Shown here: positions 59,949-64,000 of the stretch, in pieces
How the letters are laid out: every line of letters starts with the position of its first letter
Position numbering within the stretch: position 1 is the stretch's first letter
DNA from: Deferribacterales bacterium
Lineage (GTDB): Bacteria > Chrysiogenota > Deferribacteres > Deferribacterales > Geovibrionaceae
NCBI GenBank assembly: GCA_050253075.1
Contig: JBFWJS010000003.1
Coordinates: forward strand, 213,458-277,457
Direction of reading: 5' to 3'
Length of the DNA: 64,000 nucleotides
Program-made: the position numbers and the translations under genes
The notes under the pieces: generated by a model
The model's database searches: none
What the model was told of the DNA's origin: nothing
The model's input: only the letters and a program-made list of their open reading frames with translations

Positions 59949-60974
59949 TTACTCCGGCTGTGCAAGGACAGCGTGTTTTTTAGTATAATAGACAGAATCT
60001 GTGGTGAGAACATCCCACTCGGCTTCTTTCAGCAGTACTGCACAGTCGCCGACAGACATCCCTCTGCCTTCCTCTGTTTTTTCCTTAGTATCTCTCGGGT
60101 TGCCTCCGCTCTCTGCCCAGAAGAGGTTAGCCCCTGCATATGCTCCCAGTACATTAGGCTCGTGGGTGCAATTGCCTATTACGCTTCTAGGTGTGGCGAG
60201 CCTTGTGACGGCGACTATCTGAGCAATGCGCAGCTCGGATATCATTCCGTATTTCTCAAGCTCGGAGCCCGGGATGGTGATGCGCCTCATAGCTCCGCTG
60301 AAAGCAGGGTCGAATGACGCAGCAAGGAGTATGTGTTCAGCTATCTGTTCGTTTGTGTGCTCGGGTCCTATCGGCTCTACGCATGTGCCGACGATGAGGC
60401 CTGCATCCTGAAAGTTTCTTATACTTTTAAGGCGCTGGTTTACAGATACCTTTGTGGATGAGCCTTCGCCCATTCTTATGGCGTGGTATACGCCGTGATA
60501 GCCTGCGTCCTTCATCTGCTGGGCACGCTTTTCGGACATATCGCCAACGTTAGCCACCATGTATGCGTTGTTCTTCATGGATTTTTTAACCTCTTTGGAG
60601 ATCTCCATAAATTTGCCGAAGTCATAATTTGCTGTCGTCATGAGAAAAACTGATGAATTCTCAGGTGTATCGTCAAATGCCTTCGCATATTCAAGACACT
60701 GCTCCACCGTGAGCTCTATCGGGTCTTTGAAAATGTCGTATTGGGAAGCAAATGAGCAGAATTCGCAGTTAACGGGGCATGGGGCAAGGTTCAGAGCGAA
60801 CTGACCGTGCACCTCTGCCTTATTTTCTGAAAGCTCACGGGAAAGCCTGCCGGCTTCGCCCATTATAAGAGCTGTTTCGATCGATGTTGTTGGGAAAGAG
60901 AGCATCTCCACCACTTCTTCTTTGGTGAATTGTTCTCCGCTGCGGGCTTTTTTGATAATATCATGTACGTCCAT
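59949..60974 (-). CDS. Radical SAM protein, BioB/HydE-like superfamily, function unknown
   Basis: CPVNCEFC CxxxCxxC; VAVTRLA..AGAN C-terminal motifs; GGAG RBS. Confidence 0.85.
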   Translation of the reverse strand: MDVHDIIKKARSGEQFTKEEVVEMLSFPTTSIETALIMGEAGRLSRELSENKAEVHGQFALNLAPCPVNCEFCSFASQYDIFKDPIELTVEQCLEYAKAFDDTPENSSVFLMTTANYDFGKFMEISKEVKKSMKNNAYMVANVGDMSEKRAQQMKDAGYHGVYHAIRMGEGSSTKVSVNQRLKSIRNFQDAGLIVGTCVEPIGPEHTNEQIAEHILLAASFDPAFSGAMRRITIPGSELEKYGMISELRIAQIVAVTRLATPRSVIGNCTHEPNVLGAYAGANLFWAESGGNPRDTKEKTEEGRGMSVGDCAVLLKEAEWDVLTTDSVYYTKKHAVLAQPE

Positions 60975-61044
60975 ATAATAACTCCTCCGAAATCATAACG
61001 CATTATATCCATTAAGGAGAAATATTCAAAACAAATCGTAAAGG

Positions 61045-61926
61045 CTATGTGAGCATATGTTTGTTAGTTATCGCTTTGGTCATTGCATCCAGTGCCGTGG
61101 ACGATATATTCCACCTGTGCCAATAGAGCGGAGTTTCGATGGTGTGCGGTGCAAATGCATCTCTTAAAAGACCTTTTTGTTCCAAACCTGCGCACTGCAT
61201 GTAGGGCATCATGCCTATGCCGAAGCCTCTGAGCACCGCATCGATATATTTGCTGAAGTCGGGCATATACATAAAGGGGAATTCCGTCGGCGGGTTTTTA
61301 AATGCCTTTTTGAATATCTGATGCTGAAGGGTATCCTTGTCGTTATAGATAATGACGGGTACGTCTCTGAGCGTCTCGGCGGTAAAGCCGTTTACGAAAT
61401 GCTTTTCATAAACATCGGGAGATGCGTACATCTTATACGTCATGACGCCGAGCAGGGTGCAGCTGCACGACTGGAAAGGTTTGCTCCGTGTGCTGATACA
61501 TGCTGAAACTTCACCGTCCTTCATCATACGGTGTGTCTCTTCCTGATCGTCTACGTATAGCTGAAGGAGGATATTATTCCTCTTTACGGTTCCTTCCACA
61601 GCGTCGAAAAACCATGTGCAGAGGCTGTCTGCGTTCAGTCCTATGGACACGGCCGTATAGCCTGCGGAGTCCTTATGCAGGAGCCTGTTGTCCAGCTCGG
61701 TTTCGAGCATCTGCACTTTCTTAAAGTGTGTGATGAGCTCACGCCCTGCGTCGGTGGGCTCCGGTGGATTTGAGCGGACGAGGAGTATCTGTCCGATGGT
61801 CTCCTCCAGCTGGCGCACTCTCTGCGACACGGCAGACTGTGTGAGGTGGAGCACCTTTGACGCCTTTTCAAATCCGCCGTTTTCCACGACAGCCGTAAAT
61901 GCTTCTAAAAGTTTATAATCATGCAT
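61045..61926 (-). CDS. argP: LysR regulator ArgP/LysG
   Basis: GGFEKAS..LTQSAVSQRVRQLEE, NADSL.TWF, DDQEET, PLYWHRW; divergent from an argO-like gene. Confidence 0.9.
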   Translation of the reverse strand: MHDYKLLEAFTAVVENGGFEKASKVLHLTQSAVSQRVRQLEETIGQILLVRSNPPEPTDAGRELITHFKKVQMLETELDNRLLHKDSAGYTAVSIGLNADSLCTWFFDAVEGTVKRNNILLQLYVDDQEETHRMMKDGEVSACISTRSKPFQSCSCTLLGVMTYKMYASPDVYEKHFVNGFTAETLRDVPVIIYNDKDTLQHQIFKKAFKNPPTEFPFMYMPDFSKYIDAVLRGFGIGMMPYMQCAGLEQKGLLRDAFAPHTIETPLYWHRWNISSTALDAMTKAITNKHMLT

Positions 61927-61934
61927 AAATATAT

Positions 61935-61977
61935 ATTAGCAAATCTTATGAGATATAAAAACAATTAATTTTACTTT
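61935..61977. promoter_or_regulatory. Putative ArgP (LTTR) binding region
   Basis: AT-rich ATTAGCAAATCTTATGAG..AATTAATTTTACT segment in the argP/argO divergent gap. Confidence 0.45.
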
Positions 61978-62031
61978 TTAGAAAACGGCCTGTATCTTAG
62001 CGACCAGAGTAATAACAGGGAGCCTTTAAGG

Positions 62032-62634
62032 ATGTACTACACAGCCTTTCTGACAGGGATGGGAACCAGCGCAGGGCTTATCATAGCCATAGGTGCGCAG
62101 AATGCGTATCTGCTGACCCAGAGTGTTCGAAAGAACCACCACATAACCATAGCATTGATTTGCGCAACATTTGATGTTTTGCTTATATCTGTCGGTGTGG
62201 CAGGGGTCGGTACATTCTTAAACGGCAACCCGCTGATGATGAATATCGCCGCATGGTGCGGTGCCCTGTTCCTCTTTACTTACGGCTTTATGTCTTTCCG
62301 CTCTGCCTTTCGCAGTAACAGCCTGAATGTGCTGAACAAGGCTGACGACAGCCTGAAGAAGGTCGTGGTGACTACTCTCGCCGTGACACTCCTTAACCCT
62401 CATGTATACATAGACACCATTGTGCTGATGGGTGGTATCTCCGCACAGTTTCAGGACAACGGCAGGCTTTACTATGCCATAGGTGCGTGTGTCGCCTCAT
62501 GTCTGTGGTTTTACCTGCTTGCATTTGCGGGCTCAAGGCTGCAGTCTTTCTTCAAAAGACCCTTCACATGGAAGATGCTCGACGGTGCCGTCGGCCTCAT
62601 TATGTGGTCTGTGGGAATATCTCTAATTATATAG
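62032..62634 (+). CDS. argO: ArgO/LysE arginine/lysine exporter
   Basis: LIIAIGAQNA, TLLNPHVYIDT. Confidence 0.9.
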   Translation: MYYTAFLTGMGTSAGLIIAIGAQNAYLLTQSVRKNHHITIALICATFDVLLISVGVAGVGTFLNGNPLMMNIAAWCGALFLFTYGFMSFRSAFRSNSLNVLNKADDSLKKVVVTTLAVTLLNPHVYIDTIVLMGGISAQFQDNGRLYYAIGACVASCLWFYLLAFAGSRLQSFFKRPFTWKMLDGAVGLIMWSVGISLII

Positions 62635-62686
62635 ACTTTAAATTTTTCTCTTATCTGATATATTTATATGCAAAAGGTATGAATAT

Positions 62687-64000
62687 ATGATCGATATCAG
62701 ACGTGAACATCAGCTAAACGAAGGCATTACATATTTCGGCGGTCCCGTGATCTATTGGATGAGCCGTGATCAGCGTGTCCGTGACAACTGGGCACTGATA
62801 AAGGCGATACACCTCGCAGAGAGCAGACAGTCGTCTGTCGCCGTCGTTTTCTGCCTTATGCCGAACTATCCCAATGCGCAGAATCAGCACTTCCGTTTCA
62901 TGGCGGAGGGGCTTTGTGATGTAGATCACGAGCTCGAAGAACTTAAAATACCTTTCTTTATGCTCAGCGGAAATCCTGCGGAGGAGATCGTGAAATTCGC
63001 CCGTCAGGTCGGCGCAGGAGCTGTTGTCACAGACTTTTCCCCTTTGAAATTCAGCAGAAAGATGAAGAGCGACCTTGCAGACGTGCTGGATATCCCATTG
63101 ATAGAAGTAGATGCCCACAACATCGTGCCGTGCAGGATGGCAAGCCATAAGGAAGAGTTCGCCGCACGCACCATCAGACCGAAGATAAATAACCTTTTGC
63201 CTCAGTTCCTCGTGGATTTCCCCGATTTGAAGAGGCAGAAATTTGAGTGGAAGGGACACTCTGCCCACATAGACTGGGACAGGGTGATAGAGTCCTTCGG
63301 CGAGCCGAACAGGTTTTATCCCGCCGGGGTGAAGGCTGCGGATGATGTTCTGCGGAAGTTCCTCACCGGCCCGCTTAACGGATATAATGTAAAGAGGAAC
63401 GACCCGACGCTGAATCATCAGTCTCACCTGTCGCCTTATCTGCATTTCGGCAATATATCCGCACAGAGATGTGCTCTGGATGCCAGAGATGCCTTCTGGA
63501 GCGATGAGGACATAGACGCCTTTCTGGAAGAGCTGATAATCAGGCGGGAGCTTTCCGAAAACTATTGTTACTATAACGAGAACTATGACTCTGTGGAGGG
63601 GGCGCACGACTGGGCGAAGAAGACCATCGAAGCCCACAGGAACGACACAAGGGAATACATATACGGATATGACGAATTTGAACAGGCAAGGACACACGAC
63701 CCGCTGTGGAACGCAGCTCAGAAGGAGATGACCGTCACAGGGAAGATGCACGGATACATGCGTATGTACTGGGCAAAGAAGATACTGGAGTGGACGCCTG
63801 ATGTAGAGACGGCATTTGCCGCTGCGCTGTCGCTGAATGATAAATACTCTCTGGACGGGCGTGACCCGAACGGATATGTCGGCGTGGCGTGGTCCATCTG
63901 CGGGGTGCACGACAGAGCCTGGTTCGAAAGACCCGTATTTGGCAAGATACGCTATATGAACTTTAACGGATGCAAATCAAAGTTCAGCGTTTACACATAT
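62687..64000 (+). CDS. phrB: Class II CPD photolyase (3'-partial, absent from the ORF track)
   Basis: Translated by hand: PVIYWMSRDQRVRDNWAL, VDAHNIVP, SHLSPYLHFG, GKMHGYMRMYWAKKILEW, DGRDPNGY, GVHDRAW..VFGKIRYMN; I saw no stop before the window end. Confidence 0.95.
   Translation, partial: MIDIRREHQLNEGITYFGGPVIYWMSRDQRVRDNWALIKAIHLAESRQSSVAVVFCLMPNYPNAQNQHFRFMAEGLCDVDHELEELKIPFFMLSGNPAEEIVKFARQVGAGAVVTDFSPLKFSRKMKSDLADVLDIPLIEVDAHNIVPCRMASHKEEFAARTIRPKINNLLPQFLVDFPDLKRQKFEWKGHSAHIDWDRVIESFGEPNRFYPAGVKAADDVLRKFLTGPLNGYNVKRNDPTLNHQSHLSPYLHFGNISAQRCALDARDAFWSDEDIDAFLEELIIRRELSENYCYYNENYDSVEGAHDWAKKTIEAHRNDTREYIYGYDEFEQARTHDPLWNAAQKEMTVTGKMHGYMRMYWAKKILEWTPDVETAFAAALSLNDKYSLDGRDPNGYVGVAWSICGVHDRAWFERPVFGKIRYMNFNGCKSKFSVYTY

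Noticed and set aside
52143..60974. Pyrrolysine recoding (in-frame TAG plus a PylB-like radical SAM)
   Set aside because: No pylS, pylT, pylC or pylD in the window; the TAG sits at a Trp position explained by one substitution; other TAG codons end genes at their expected C-termini
17..62403. Numerous 60-275 aa ORFs overlapping the called genes
   Set aside because: They are antisense or out-of-frame shadows of well-supported genes and show no recognisable motifs
62714..63910. 398-aa minus-strand ORF
   Set aside because: Antisense shadow of the photolyase on the + strand; no recognisable motifs
1..64000. CRISPR arrays, tRNA/rRNA, IS elements, prophage or defence genes
   Set aside because: No regularly spaced repeats, tRNA-like arms, transposase, integrase or phage motifs were seen by eye; intergenic gaps are short

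Overview
64 kb of ordinary bacterial chromosome, densely coding with AT-rich intergenic gaps. I found no rRNA, tRNA, CRISPR array, integrase or transposase. The gene content suggests an anaerobic or microaerobic Gram-negative respirer; Deferribacterota is my guess, by inference only. In order, the window holds: the 3' part of a type I secretion HlyD gene and a LysR regulator; a cell-envelope charge-modification cluster (ArnT-like GT | OmpR RR, HK, mprF); TetR-AcrAB-OprM RND efflux; several Cache-domain kinases and chemoreceptors; two acidic orphan lipoproteins; a PEP/pyruvate-binding-domain protein; a Desulfovibrio-type cytochrome c oxidase operon (c553-sco-coxI-III-IV-II-ctaB); an octaheme HAO-fold cytochrome with a SurA-like partner, divergent from an OmpR RR, a heme c-binding sensor kinase and a YkgJ gene; an MCP split by one in-frame TAG; an HD-GYP protein; gltX-glnS; an uncharacterised radical SAM gene among amino-acid exporters; and a class II photolyase that runs off the right edge and is missing from the ORF track. 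The best candidate for an under-described system is the heme-sensor / octaheme (epsilon-Hao-like) / chaperone module at 45.3-50.8 kb, next to the oxidase operon. All family assignments come from motif recognition by eye; no database searches were run.
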